Shown in pieces: positions 10,159-22,108 of a stretch of 42,022 nucleotides of DNA. Numbering within the stretch: the first letter of the stretch is position 1; each line of letters starts with the position of its first letter. The notes below the pieces were generated by a model. The model was not told where the DNA came from and ran no database searches. It worked only from the letters and a program-made list of their open reading frames with translations. The DNA is from Basidiobolus ranarum. Its lineage: Eukaryota. Both the position numbers and the translations under genes were made by a program. The stretch is taken from NCBI GenBank assembly GCA_040143965.1, contig JASJQH010000035.1, positions 1-42,022 of the forward strand. The letters are read 5' to 3'.

Positions 10159-13100
10159 GAGTTCGTATCGAAGTTAGACAACACTTGATCCGTCTCTATT
10201 TATACTTCTGTCCCATCTTTAACTCCCTGGCTCAAAATTATGTTTAGGGGGGAGACGAAAAGGGGCTGACGAAATGACCTATTATTCATACTCTCCTAGA
10301 TCAAACCAATTTTGTTGAATTTGGGCCAATCCTTCCTGCTTAACCGACTCCCTTCTCACCCCCTATTGATTAAACATTCAATGCTCCTTAACTACCAATT
10401 TGAACACTTAGCCCTAACATTAGAATTGCACTCATGAAGTTGTTTCACCTATCCAATTACTCAACAACTAAAATGTCTTAACTTACAAGCTCTAGAACGT
10501 TTGGGTAACATTCTTCATACATGACTTAGAGCAGTTCTATATTTACCAACATACAGGAAACCATTCATCTTTTAACTAGTGTTAGACTTTATCTTTACTT
10601 TCACTGACATAGTATATGGCATAGACAAGTCATTACTATCCTTTTGTTCACTTACCCTGTTATTCATAAACAATATAAAGTATCATCCAAGATAAATATA
10701 ACTGACATACTATATTTAATCTAATAGTTTAACAAATGGCACTTTATCTACTATACTTTACCTTAAGCTAGTATAGACAATACACACAGCTATATAAAAA
10801 CATCACAAGAAAGGGATTTTACTGCGATGGAACTATCAGAGTATAATAAGTAGGATGTGACTGTTGAACCCTTGGTACTCATGTTATAAAGCTCACCTGT
10901 CTTACAGGCCTTTATTCCACCAAAAGCTTTTTAAAAATGTTCTTTACTATGATCATAGATGACCAAGAGAGAAACTTGTGCTTCACAAATACAATAGCAA
11001 TGATTTATAAGTTATACACTTGAGCCACCGAAAATTTTACGGACTAGTATCCTGGATCGCATTCTGTCAAGTTTCAAATTAATTACTGATCCAAAATGAG
11101 ATTTCGGGTGGTGAGATGGACGGCTAAATCTAAGCACATCTTTGACAGGGCTTGGTCAAATAAGGCAGCGACAAATGACTAACCTACTATACCATCTAAA
11201 ATGCGGCTTAGATTATCCACATCCACATCCGTATCGCTTTGAGATGCGATGTTCGAGGAGAAAACGAATGTTAATCTTTTCGAAAGTGCGATGACTGATT
11301 TGCAAAATGAACATGACAATATATAAATATACTGTAAACAATCTCTGTTACACATCAACCGTTGGGGTACAAATACCATGAAAGGACCCTTCTGTTGCAC
11401 AGTAATATTTCCCGCTAGAAAGCACAAATGAATGAACCATATAGCTTAGACATGCAAGATGTAGAGCATTCATTTGTCAAGGTACATAAGATGGAAAAGT
11501 GAAGATGCAGAATGACGTTTGGGGAAGCAAGAAGGTTCGACCGGAGGATATCGGAGAGAAGAACAAATAATGACAGGTGTCACTCATAACGAATTGACAA
11601 TAGTCAATACACATCACAGCGTTAAAGCTATCACTTACAGACAGTGGCATTAACACTTGCACTGGCTTAAGTATCCATCATGAACTCTGGAATTGCACTG
11701 AGAGTTTAACCGGTATTTTTGCTGGTATCGATAAAGAGCTCATCAGGTGAGGTGATTATTAGATAAAGAGCCACAAAGGGCTGTTTCGCAGATAAGGTTT
11801 CAGTGCTCCACAACTTTCGAGAGTCAAATCCACATTCATTTCGAAGGGGATTAACCTTGTTTAATCTTGAAATATGACACTATCTGTTATATCAAGTGGG
11901 AGCACAAGTTTTCTCTTTAGGAAATGGATCACACGCTTCATAATTCCTCAGTTCTGGCTCAGAAAAACAATTTAAGGTTGAGAGGATTAGGAGCGGATTA
12001 GGGGCGCTGTTAGATTTAGGGCTAGTTATTATTGGCTAGCGCTAAAATGAATGGTTTCGATCACACCTTAATTAGGGCTTGTTTTCTATTATCGTTGTCG
12101 CGTTCTTTGAGACATTTAAGTTACTGTCTTGACAGCGCCAAGTTACTCTGATAAAGTCAACTTCAGAACTTCGCTGGATGGTGAGAAGACACAACGCAAG
12201 ATGCATGTCCCTAAACATCATGCTAGATTATACTTACAGTCAATCTATGTAAGCGACACATTAAGTAGCACAGATAAGAGCTCAAAACCGATCAGATGAA
12301 TGAGCAAAAACCTGCCAAGCGTGTATGCCATGTACATACTACTAGCTAGCCATTCTAAATCTATATACCCACTGACCCTTGCCCTATAAAGCGCTCTATG
12401 ATCCCTTGCATGGTCCTTGTAATGAAGGTGTGATGGATAATCAGTCAGTGCGATCACATGATATTCTCATCAGTGAAGTTATTCTAGTGCAAGTCAAGTC
12501 CAATAAGAGATGATTCCAAGAGTAGCTTTGTATTTTGCTCTCTTGGTCAGGATACTTTATAGTTACTCCAATCATAAGAAGCGCAACCATATATGTAGAC
12601 ACATGTTTAGGGGAAGGTTGAGTTCATGTTCTGATCTTCAACCATTACAATGATATGTTCTGCGCTATGCGTCCAGAAGCAGGAATTCTTAGGTTCACTT
12701 TTGATGTGTTACACAACCAAGCTTTCAAATTCATCTCACCCGAATTTACACGATTGAAACAAAAAACTTCACTAATGCATGTCCTCCTGAATGCAGAAAC
12801 ACTATGAAATAACATTCAATAATGGAAGAAATTGTCACCTAGTTTGTCCAAACTCAAACGCATGTTGACATCACTTGCGAAGTGATTGCAACTGAAATCT
12901 ATTCAACCCCTTTTATCCTTCTAGCGGATTGCATGTCAAACACTGAGAATAAACATGGCATTCATTGGTGTGGTATTTTGGTATTATCGCTGTGAGCTAT
13001 GTTGACTTAATTTGTGCGGATTGCGGGAATTTCGGGAATGGCGTTAAAAAAGGAAGTTACACTCCACAAGATTTCGAGATTACGCTGATATAGTAAGTGA

Positions 13101-13354
13101 AAATACGAAACACTCGATACACTCTAAAAACGTGAGTGTCATTGCAAATAGGCGTGGATCAGCCACTCCGTCCTGGGTTAAAATAGTGATCGGTTGGGTA
13201 CTGATTATCACATTCTCCAGTCCTTCCTTTTACATGAGCCGAACAATATCACTCCCACTCCCTTAGATGCTTGTGACACATTGCACTGATTTAAATGATG
13301 AATGACTACTACTATTTACCCGTTTCAGCCAGCCTGTGATTGTGTCTGCGACTG

Positions 13355-13361
13355 TATAAAA
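13355..13361 (+). promoter_or_regulatory. TATA box of the TALE homeobox gene
   Basis: TATAAAA about 80 bp upstream of ATG 13437. Confidence 0.6.
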
Positions 13362-13436
13362 GGCGTCCATAGTCCTCAATTTCCCTCAAACTGACATTAA
13401 ATCAACCAACTCATTATTGACTGAATCGGAATTGAT

Positions 13437-14186
13437 ATGGCCGCCCACCTTTCTCACACTGATCCCAAGGTTCGCATAGAAATTCTCATCACCACTTATG
13501 AAACATCTAACCAACCATCTTTCAAATATTAGCCTAGAGTGTTTAGCCCCGTTGTCATTGTTCACAATAGCCAACATCAAAATGAACAACACCGTAGCTA
13601 CATCGGTGTTCACAAGGAGCGTATTGAAGAGATGCTCTTTCACAACGCCAAAGAATGGACTGGCTTAGGTTATGTCCCTGAGCCTATCTTTTATGAAGCA
13701 GATCGGGAAAGCGTAAGCTCCGATTCGTCTCGTTCAAGTGTCTCTCTATCTCCCTCACCTACATATTCCGAGCCTCAATCTTCATTCGAGAACAGCTCTG
13801 AAAGCACCTCCACTGAGGTCAAACCAAATCAGAAGAAACGCCGTGGCAATCTTCCTAAGGCTGTAACGGCCATTTTGAAGTCATGGTTGGCTAAACATGT
13901 GAAGCACCCATACCCTACTGAAGATGAGAAAATATCTCTAGCCATGGAGACCAAATTGACAATGAACCAGATTAGTAATTGGTTTATCAACGCTCGTAGA
14001 AGAATTTTACAACCTATGATCGAGAATGCACAAGCAAATGGAGAATTGAGAAGACAGAGCTGTGATTTAGAAATGATCCAATTCTCAGGAGAAACTGCCG
14101 ATGAAGAAAATTCCTCCGGTAAACGCAGGTACTCAACACCCTTTTCAAAGAAGACCTCATACGTCAAGAAACACAAGGGTTACTAG
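13437..14186 (+). CDS. TALE-class homeodomain transcription factor (Cup9/Tos8, TGIF/Meis/KNOX-like)
   Basis: Exon 13437-13469, intron 13470-13532 (GTTCGC...CTAAC...TAG), exon 13533-14186. Homeodomain [33 protein letters not shown]...[14 protein letters not shown] has the PYP loop and Ile50. Confidence 0.93.
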
Positions 14187-15928
14187 ATGTCATTGCATTT
14201 ACCGTCCTCAATCGCCCTCTGCATCTTCTCTATTATGCACTATATTATTGGCTTTAATCCACTTCTCAATCCCTTTGTACAACTCCACTTTTCACCGCTA
14301 ATGTAATTGATATCCATTGTTCTTTGGAATTCCCCATCTTTGCATGTTGATAGTTTCAGCTACTTTATCTCACTTTTCATAATACTGTATTTTAATCGTG
14401 TGTTTGTCATATTCTATGTCGTTTACCAGCACCAGGGCCATAATTTCTGACAGAAGGCTCGGATGGTCACAATTAAACGGTTTATACCATTTTGTCACAT
14501 TATAATTCAACAGCAGCACGTTAATTTGTTTCGAACACTTGTCTCATCTCACAATTATGGAAGAATGGTACAGTATGTATATTTGTATAGTGCGGAGTAT
14601 TCTCTATTCCTATTTACGGCTCAGACACAAATATTTAATATGTCTTGGAATAAAATTGGAGGATTTTCGAGTTTCAGCAGGTTAATCTAGGTGTATGTAA
14701 GTGTGTGTACTTACTGAAATGAAATGAGCCCCTCATAGAATGTTTAATTGATGGATTATCCGGATAAGTCTAGGTTTATCTTGAACAGTCTAGGGTTATG
14801 CTCTCAATCTAGGCCTTTTGCGGAAATGAACGTAAAGTGGAGGGGTGGAGGCACAAAGAGCATGGTACATGACGAATGACTGGACTCTCCTAAGGAGCCC
14901 TACTTGACCTCCCACCTCACTGTCCCCTACACCGCGCAAGTTCTTAGTAACTAATGCCACTATATTGGGTTAAGATTGGATTTTACAAAGAAACCTCCGT
15001 ACATGTTCGGATATTATTAAAACACAGCTTATATTACTGGGCCGTAACTTAAGCCATTATTATACTAAACAGCTGCATTAAATAGACAAAGGATCTACCG
15101 TTCTGGATGCCATCAAACGCTGGTAGATGGTGGATTCATCCCTTAGAGTCAAGTGGCAATTAAGAGTTAGTCATGAGATTATTGATACCAGTGTGAGATA
15201 ACTGGTTTTCCCGAGATTTATCCCACTCGTCATGATTTCAATCAAAGTGTTGTCAAGACTTACTTTATTTAGGTTGTGGGTTGGACTGTATCTGCGACTG
15301 CTTTGAACTTGTCAAAATTGACTGCGCGACATATTAGTAAGTCTAAATGGATCAGGTGTTATATAAAATGTACAGATAAGAGATAAGCGGATTACGGATT
15401 CTTCCGAGATGTCAAATATGAAATGACAGCTGGTGATGGCGGTAGATGGATGAATGTTCTAAAAATGGTACATTGTACTGGAGTGCCAGTTCCTGCCAGT
15501 TCTTTTCTTGACTCGTTTCGTTTGCCGTAAATTATGTACCACTTGGCCTTATTTTCACCGATCTCTACTTGCACGTGTCATCAGTATTTAGATCCATCGA
15601 GTAAAGTAAACTTTCGGAGATCCTCGGGAGAGTTAGAAGTGATTCCCACACTTTCATACTACATAATATGCGCAAGGTGTGTGAGAACCTAGAATGAACT
15701 TAGGGAAGGATCTATATCAGGGAAACATGCAAGTACCACTGTAAGTCACCCGTCACCCAGCATGTCGTGCTTCTTGTGAAAATATTCATGGATATTTCCC
15801 ACCATGGAACTAGCACGTGCCGTAGATCTTGATGATATTATAAGATGCACACGTGAGAAGCTTTTAAATATTATTTCAACTCTACAGTGTGTGAGCAATT
15901 AATTCAGCTTACCAAGATACTTCAAGAG

Positions 15929-16296
15929 TGTGTAGGAAGGTGTGCCTAAAAATTGTGTAGGAAGGTGTGTTTGAAGATGTCTAGGAAAGTAAGTCGCCTA
16001 TTGTGTAGAATACTATGTAGAAATTGTGTAGAAAAATATGTAGAAAATGCATAGGAAATATTTGTATTGAAGGAAAGGTTCTTTATACCATCTGATTGAT
16101 AACATCTGTTTGCTGAACATACATTTATGTTTGCCTACAACATAGTGTAGATTCATATAGGTGTTGAAGTATTTTGGGAGTTTGTTGGAAGTGGTTTGGA
16201 GAACTAGAAGAATTGATGGTTTTCACTTATCATTGAGTAGAAATTTGACATTTATAGTTTTGTCTTATTGAGTAGTAAGTTGACATTTATAGTTTT
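15929..16296. repeat. Degenerate direct-repeat tract, probable transposon relic
   Basis: TGTGTAGGAAGGTGTG is repeated exactly at 15929 and 15954, followed by several TGTAGAA-like units. A 30-bp duplication (28/30 identical) lies at 16232-16261 and 16267-16296. The region is CpG-poor. Confidence 0.6.
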
Positions 16297-16648
16297 AGCA
16301 AGAGATAAACAAACAAGCGTGTAGCATGTGTAAAGGAAAGTCCCAGGAACATGTGTGCAAAGTTTGGGGCTTCTAAGACAAGTTTGAAAACTCTTCTAAG
16401 TAAATTCCGATTTCGAATAGTGGGTGATATCCTAGTGAAATATGGAATAATTAAATACTAAGCTATATTTGACTATATAGATGTTTAGGCCATGCTAATT
16501 TCAACAAATTTAAAGAGAAACAAGCACAATAAATATTTGTCTGTCAGAGAATACTCTTTAATAGCAAGAAGGCCTTTATAACAAATATGCATGATGGATG
16601 TGTTTATTGTTATTATCTCACTGTGTATATGTATAATGAAAGGGATGT

Positions 16649-17231
16649 CTATTGACTCTTGGTAGTAGATTTTCTGTTTTTAGAGCTTTTACGACCGGCG
16701 GTTTCAATAGCAACTGGAGTACCGGCGGCATTCTGCTTAACAATCTTCTGTGCTTTCTCCCATTCTATACGACGCTCATTAAGAACTGACTTGATTCTGG
16801 CCATGGTCTTCTTGCACTATAATAATCGAAAATAAATAATTAGATGGAGGTCATCGAGTAAAGAAGCGGAATTTACAAACCTTAACAACTCTGGTCTTAT
16901 TGGTGAAGAATTGCTCGGTGATACCCCAGCGTCTCGCCTCCTCATTTTGACTGGCCAACATGTTACGCTCCTTAAGTATAACATACCAAAGCTTATGCAA
17001 GTCATCGAAGCTTTTATTACGTAGTTCTCCAGCTCTCCAAGCACGACCTAAATATATATGTTAGAGCTAATGGGGAAAGTATATTTGTAAGAAAGCAAAA
17101 CCAGTACCAGTTTTAGGTTGTTCCTTAGGAAGAGCGAGACCCCCTTCGAAAAATTCCTCCATGCCTCTGGCTCTGAAGCCGGAACCTTTAACACGATTTA
17201 TTGCTTGGAATGCTCTGCTAACGAAACTCAT
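16649..17231 (-). CDS. MRPL4: Mitochondrial large-subunit ribosomal protein uL29m (MRPL47/MrpL4)
   Basis: Three exons. Basic presequence [15 protein letters not shown], then [31 protein letters not shown] and [14 protein letters not shown]. Confidence 0.93.
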
Positions 17232-17592
17232 GTTTGTAGTGAAGTTGAGGAACTGTAAAGAATAGATTTCTGCCAACACAACTAAGCAAAACTTTTTCTT
17301 ACACGAGTAAATGTAGCATATGAATTTTTCAAAAAGTTTTTTCCAAATTTCAGTCCCTTGATTTTCAAATTTAATTGACATAAGCTGATTTGAAAATTCA
17401 TGAAATCCGTCATAATTAAACCATCTTTGGATATACTTTATACCTTGAGTGAAGTAATGCATTCATTAAACTGATCTATTTCTAATTCTTTTTGAACAAA
17501 AATTCCCATTCTGTCACGTACAATTCGTTCAATAGTTCTATCATAGCAAATACAACTAGTATCTCTCTTTGGTACCTTAGAAATTTGACAAG

Positions 17593-18939
17593 ATGGTAAG
17601 TCCGCTGTAACTAGTTATTTCCCTGATTCTTAAGAGACTATACTTATTCCTTTTATTTTACACAATATTAGGCGCGTAATGAAGAGAAAGCACAGTAAGA
17701 ATATTTTCACAAGTATACAAACTTATTATCTGATACTAATAATCAAGTCAAAAATCTTACTAGATCTATGCTTCACCGTTTTCGTGATGCCCGAGCTGCC
17801 GAGCTTGGATTCAACAAAAACGAGCGTAGACCATATCTCGCTACAGAATGTCGTAGTTTACCAGAAGCAGAGAAATGGAGACGTCAAATCATTAATGAAA
17901 TTTCCCGCAAAGTTTCCCAAATTCAAAATTGTAAGTTTTCTCCTTCTCTTATTTTAGTTGGAGGATAATGACTTTTCTTATTGTACATTTTGAATATATA
18001 AACTTACCAATTGTTGATTTATAGCCGGTCTTTCCGATTATCAAGTTAGAGATTTAAACGACGAAATCAATAAACTGATTCGAGAGAAAGGTCATTGGGA
18101 GAGGCAGATTAAAGATTTGGGCGGTCCAGATTATAGGGTAATGCATTGTCAATTATTCAACTATTATATCCATTAGCACGAAACTAAATGTATCTACTTT
18201 AAAACGCACTTCCAGAGAATCGGACCCAGAATCATAGATAACGAAGGTAAATCCGTGCCTGGGAATCGTGGATATAGGTACGGACTAATCGCTCATATTA
18301 CAAGTATTGACATTACCTAACTTAATGATATTCTTTAGATACTTTGGTCGAGCGAGAGAGCTACCTGGAGTAAAGGAGTTGTTTGAAGTGGAAGGTGATT
18401 ATCTGAGAATAGTGATTATCGGTTATTGAGTGGGCTAACATGTTGTCTTTTAGCTGAAGAGATCAATGCTAAGACACGCTATGAGATGTACAGAAATGTT
18501 AATGCTGATTATTATGGATACCGTGATGAAGATGATGGTATATTATTGGAATACGAAGAGCAGCAAGAAAAAGAATGTAGGGGATATTGTTTACGACTTG
18601 CCTCTTCTACAAACTAACCCTTTTTATGTAGTGAGAGAAAAGTTAGAAAGCAACAACGATTTGATGTTAGTCGAGTATGATCAAGGAAAAACTAAGGGTA
18701 AGAAGAGAAAAGGAGGTGGTGAAGAGGCCATTTCTAGAGAGCCGATAAGTATTCCGGTATCGGAGGGGGATGTAGATAATTCGGAAGTTAAGTTTGTCGC
18801 TCATGTGGATGTGCCTTCTCAAAGAGATGTGGAGGCTTTCCTTGTGAGAAGAAGAAAGCAAGATCTTTTCGATAAATATGTCAGTGAAGATCTCGAAGCT
18901 ACTGTTCAAGAGACTAAAGAACTCACTGGGCGCGAATGA
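17593..18939 (+). CDS. ISY1: Pre-mRNA splicing factor Isy1 (NTC complex)
   Basis: Eight exons; the first coding exon is just ATG. Reads MARNEEKAQSMLHRFR...AEKWRRQIINEISRKVSQIQNSGLSDYQVRDLNDEINKLIREKGHWERQIKDLGGPDY...GYRYFGRARELPGVKELFE...YYGYRDEDDG. Confidence 0.95.
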
Positions 18940-19281
18940 ATACGCCTCTATTGAAACTTTAACCCAATTAGTCCTGTATCTTAAATGGTGGATTACGATG
19001 TTGTTTTTTCTCTTTAATTTTTTGTACAGATTTCAATAAATCACTTTAAAGTTACTCACTCTGAGCGAATCTGACAAATCAGTTGATTCTATTGATCGCA
19101 ACTAAGCTCCAGTAATGTGTAACTCGATTTGTTACATAGGGTTTTGCTTATCACATTAATCTAAAGATGTTTTGCAACGAAATCAAAAAAATCAATAATG
19201 AAAAAATGAAAAAAAAACTTATTAACCATGTAAGGGCTAGCGGACGAGTAAGCTACTTTGGCCCAGAGCTACTTTTAAGTC

Positions 19282-20889
19282 ATGTCTAGTATAGAATCTC
19301 TCAAAGAGTCTATCGCCCAAGTTGGGGATAAAGTACGTTCTCTTAAAATTTCCAATGCTGATAAGGCCGAGATCGATGCTGAAGTCTCTGCTCTATTGGG
19401 TTTGAAAAAGCAACTGGCTGAACTGACCGGTGAGAGTACCGGTGGTAGCAAGAAGAAGGGAAATGCATTTACTTTAAAAACTCCCAAGGGTACTAAGGAT
19501 TATAACGACAAAGAGATGGCTATTCGTGAACACATTTTCTCTACCATCATCAACGTTTTCAAACGTCACGGTGGTGTCACCATCGATACTCCAGTCTTCG
19601 AACTTAGAGATATCTTGACCGGTAAATACGGAGAAGATAGTAAGCTCATTTATGATCTTGAAGATCAAGGTGGTGAGAAATGCTCCCTTCGTTATGATCT
19701 TACTGTTCCTTTTGCTCGCTTCTTGGCTATGAACGGTACTACATATCAGAACATCAAGCGTTATCACATCGCTAAAGTCTACCGTCGTGACCAGCCTGCT
19801 ATGACTAAAGGTAGAATGAGAGAGTTCTACCAGTGCGATTTCGATATTGCTGGAACCTATGAACCGATGGTACCTGACTCTGAGGTTATCCGTATAGTTG
19901 TCGAAATTCTCACTGCTTTGGACGTTGGAAAATTCACCATCAAAGTCAATCACAGAAAAATCCTTGATGGTCTTTTTGAAGTTTGCGGTGTTCCTACCGA
20001 TAAAATTCGTACCATCTCCTCTGCAGTTGATAAGTTGGATAAAATGCCTTGGGCTGATGTACGTAAGGAGATGACTCAAGATAAAGGACTCGATGAGGCT
20101 GTCGCCGATAAAATCGGAGAATATGTCAAACTTAAGGGTGGACGCGATCTTCTCGAGAAGTTGCAACAGGATGAGGTGTTGATGGCTAACAAAAATGCCG
20201 CCGCTGGCTTAGAGGACATGAAAGCCTTCCTCAAATACCTTGATATCTTCAAGGTCTTGGAATATGTCTCCTTTGATCTTAGTCTCGCTAGAGGCTTAGA
20301 TTATTATACCGGTGTTATCTATGAAGCAGTTGTCGAGGAGAGCCTTCTCCCTGAAATCACTCAGGAAATGAAGAAGAAAGCCAAGGAAGCTGGTGACGAT
20401 GACAGCCAAACTCGCATCGGTTCGGTGTCTGCTGGAGGTCGTTACGATAACTTGGTTGGTATGTTCGCAGGTGGTGGCAAGAAGAGCAACATCCCTTGTG
20501 TTGGTCTTAGTATTGGTGTTGAGCGTGTTTTCTCTATCATCATGAGAAGAAGTCAGCTCGAGAGCATTAAATCCAATGAGTGCGAAGCCTACGTCATTGC
20601 AGTTGGTGACGGTCTTCTTGAAGATCGTATGAAGATTGCTACTGAGCTCTGGGAAAATGGAATTAAGGCCGAATATATGTACAAAGCTAAGCCTAAACTT
20701 CAAGCACAATTCAGTGTCTGTGATCGTGATAGAATCCCTTGGGCCATTATTATCGGCAAGGATGAATTGGAACAAGGAATTGTCAAGATCAAGGACATGT
20801 CTTCAAAGCAACAAGAGAATGCCGGTGGTGTAACTATTTCTAGAAGTGAAATGATTCAAGAGCTCAAGAAACGTCTTGGTAGAGCATAA
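19282..20889 (+). CDS. HTS1: Histidyl-tRNA synthetase, intronless, with N-terminal WHEP domain
   Basis: 535-aa ORF with [44 protein letters not shown] and GGRYDNL, plus a C-terminal anticodon-binding domain. Confidence 0.98.
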   Translation: MSSIESLKESIAQVGDKVRSLKISNADKAEIDAEVSALLGLKKQLAELTGESTGGSKKKGNAFTLKTPKGTKDYNDKEMAIREHIFSTIINVFKRHGGVTIDTPVFELRDILTGKYGEDSKLIYDLEDQGGEKCSLRYDLTVPFARFLAMNGTTYQNIKRYHIAKVYRRDQPAMTKGRMREFYQCDFDIAGTYEPMVPDSEVIRIVVEILTALDVGKFTIKVNHRKILDGLFEVCGVPTDKIRTISSAVDKLDKMPWADVRKEMTQDKGLDEAVADKIGEYVKLKGGRDLLEKLQQDEVLMANKNAAAGLEDMKAFLKYLDIFKVLEYVSFDLSLARGLDYYTGVIYEAVVEESLLPEITQEMKKKAKEAGDDDSQTRIGSVSAGGRYDNLVGMFAGGGKKSNIPCVGLSIGVERVFSIIMRRSQLESIKSNECEAYVIAVGDGLLEDRMKIATELWENGIKAEYMYKAKPKLQAQFSVCDRDRIPWAIIIGKDELEQGIVKIKDMSSKQQENAGGVTISRSEMIQELKKRLGRA

Positions 20890-22108
20890 GTGATCCCCTA
20901 ACATTCACCTCTCGACTTTCATTGTAGTGACTTGTAATATTTAAGATACATCTTGTGCTATTCTTCCCATAATCTCTACTTGATCGTTTTCATTGGTCAT
21001 GTTAACAACGTTTTTCTAAAACCAAGATCGAATGCATGCTAAATATAATTTTCTGGTTTCAATCAATTGAAACTTTTAAACTGCGTGGATGAACGAAATA
21101 GGTGAACGAAATAGCACTTGTTATATATTGATTTATGCCCCTCGCCCCTCGTAAATCACTGGAGGTGTTTCAACTCGGTAGGCTGGATATGGAATCGGAA
21201 TCGTGATCTAGCTAATGCAACCAAGAATGCTGTTAATATGATTATTGTTAAATATACAAGAGATCTTCATGATTTGCTGGCTATCTGGTGGCTATATGCT
21301 GGCTATTTGCTAAATATTGATTGAATATTATTCGACGGACTGACAATCATATGTATTTGAATGCAACAACATATTTAAGGACAGCCTTGATCAGCGTACA
21401 TGTGGGATAAGGATGGGAACAGAGACACTCGAAATATGTATAGCTTCCCAGTTCAGCTCCCGGGGATGGTGTTACAAATATCATTTGCAAAGCTCACATG
21501 ACATATATTTGAGACGAACGCTGTTTGGGGGCTCAGCCTTTCCAAGGGATTTCTTACAGCAATAACTGTAGTTTAGTGTATGCTGTTGACATAACTCCCA
21601 ATACAATCCGGATAGTTTCACCTGATGCACTTGGGTTAAAGTTGGTTTAGTGGCTAATGGGTAGACAATGATCATCATTGGGCCATGGATTTAGAGATCA
21701 GCCTTTCCCCAAGAAAAATTCAAATTGGGGTTATTTTGGAAACTATCGGATTTCTTAGCTTCTCGATTATGATAAACGAAACTGTGGTTATTTTAAGTCC
21801 ACTTTAATATTTTTTATCCAAATATTATCAACAATTGGTTTATCTAAAAGTTCTCGAGTTCACCGTTTGATTCTAAATATGAAACAGAGTTACTCTCCAG
21901 TAAAAATTCTATGCTCTTCAGTTGGATGGGGAGAAAAAGAGGGTCCCAGTAAATTCGGATTTGGAAGCGCAAAAATCTCCATAAGTTTCTCCTCTCCTCA
22001 CCACCCCTAACTTTGTTCCATCACTACAAAAGAACCCTAACGAACTTATTCCATGCTGACTGCTTTCTTCTAATACTTTAGAGAAACTTTCGTTAAGATT
22101 TATTCATT

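Noticed and set aside
13437-14186. Homeobox gene as an HD1 mating-type gene
   Set aside because: There is no divergent HD2 partner or N-terminal dimerisation region; it fits an ordinary Cup9/TGIF-like factor.
15093-15128. Hairpin ATCTACC...GGTAGAT as an ncRNA
   Set aside because: Only a 7-bp stem with no snoRNA or snRNA boxes; expected by chance.
19228-19233. ATG-TAA minimal uORF before HisRS
   Set aside because: It directly follows the poly(dA) promoter tract and is probably upstream of the transcript start.
19474-20775. Long antisense ORFs (230 and 159 aa) within HisRS
   Set aside because: Mirror frames of a codon-biased gene with no recognisable domain. The same applies to the shadow ORFs over RPL17, FZO1 and NDH-2.
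21090-21310. 13-bp tandem TGAACGAAATAG(G) and short GGCTAT repeats
   Set aside because: Two to three short copies with no spacers; simple slippage repeats, not an array.
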